From: Eledone cirrhosa
Lineage: Eukaryota
Length of the DNA stretch: 64,000 nucleotides
Reading direction: 5' to 3'
NCBI GenBank assembly: GCA_964016885.1
Contig: OZ024743.1
Location: 308,264,001 to 308,328,000, forward strand
Both the position numbers and the translations under genes were made by a program. The notes under the pieces were generated by a model. It saw nothing but the letters and a program-made list of their open reading frames with translations. It was not told the DNA's origin and searched no databases. Shown piece after piece: positions 63,923 to 64,000 of the stretch; position 1 is the stretch's first letter, and every line of letters begins with the position of its first letter.

Positions 63923-64000
63923 AATATCCGTTTCCATTTATTAATATATTGTATATATATGTATGTATGTATATAATGAGAATCTAAATTATGTTAATTT

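Overview
AT-rich eukaryotic DNA dense in repeats, most likely from a coleoid cephalopod such as Octopus (inferred from the SINE/RTE repertoire and the (TA)n/(CAT)n microsatellites). Most of the window is transposon-derived. It holds one apparently intact RTE-clade LINE (1056 aa, APE-RT with an embedded PHD-type finger) and two 5'-truncated sisters. There are also remnants of CR1, Tx1/L1, R4/Dong-like, CRE-like, Rex3-like, Ty3/Gypsy and Penelope-like (PLE) elements, plus tRNA-derived SINEs, TTAA MITEs and Helitron-like ends. The only host gene I can support is on the + strand: a candidate 42-nt exon and a terminal exon encoding a mucin-like single-pass membrane protein ending DYLINGKYL. The most interesting signal is non-coding: about ten head-to-head insertions, mostly in or next to (TA)n, that carry type I hammerhead ribozyme motifs and derive from PLE pseudo-LTRs. 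In two unrelated families one arm stops at a fixed short end (TAT) 4-5 nt upstream of a shared bulged stem-loop (ACUC-UAC-loop-GUA-UU-GAGU), and the other arm runs on to a fixed long end. This suggests structure-guided internal priming on an uncleaved or circular RNA. All calls were made by eye, with no database searches or folding programs, and boundaries of old repeats are approximate.
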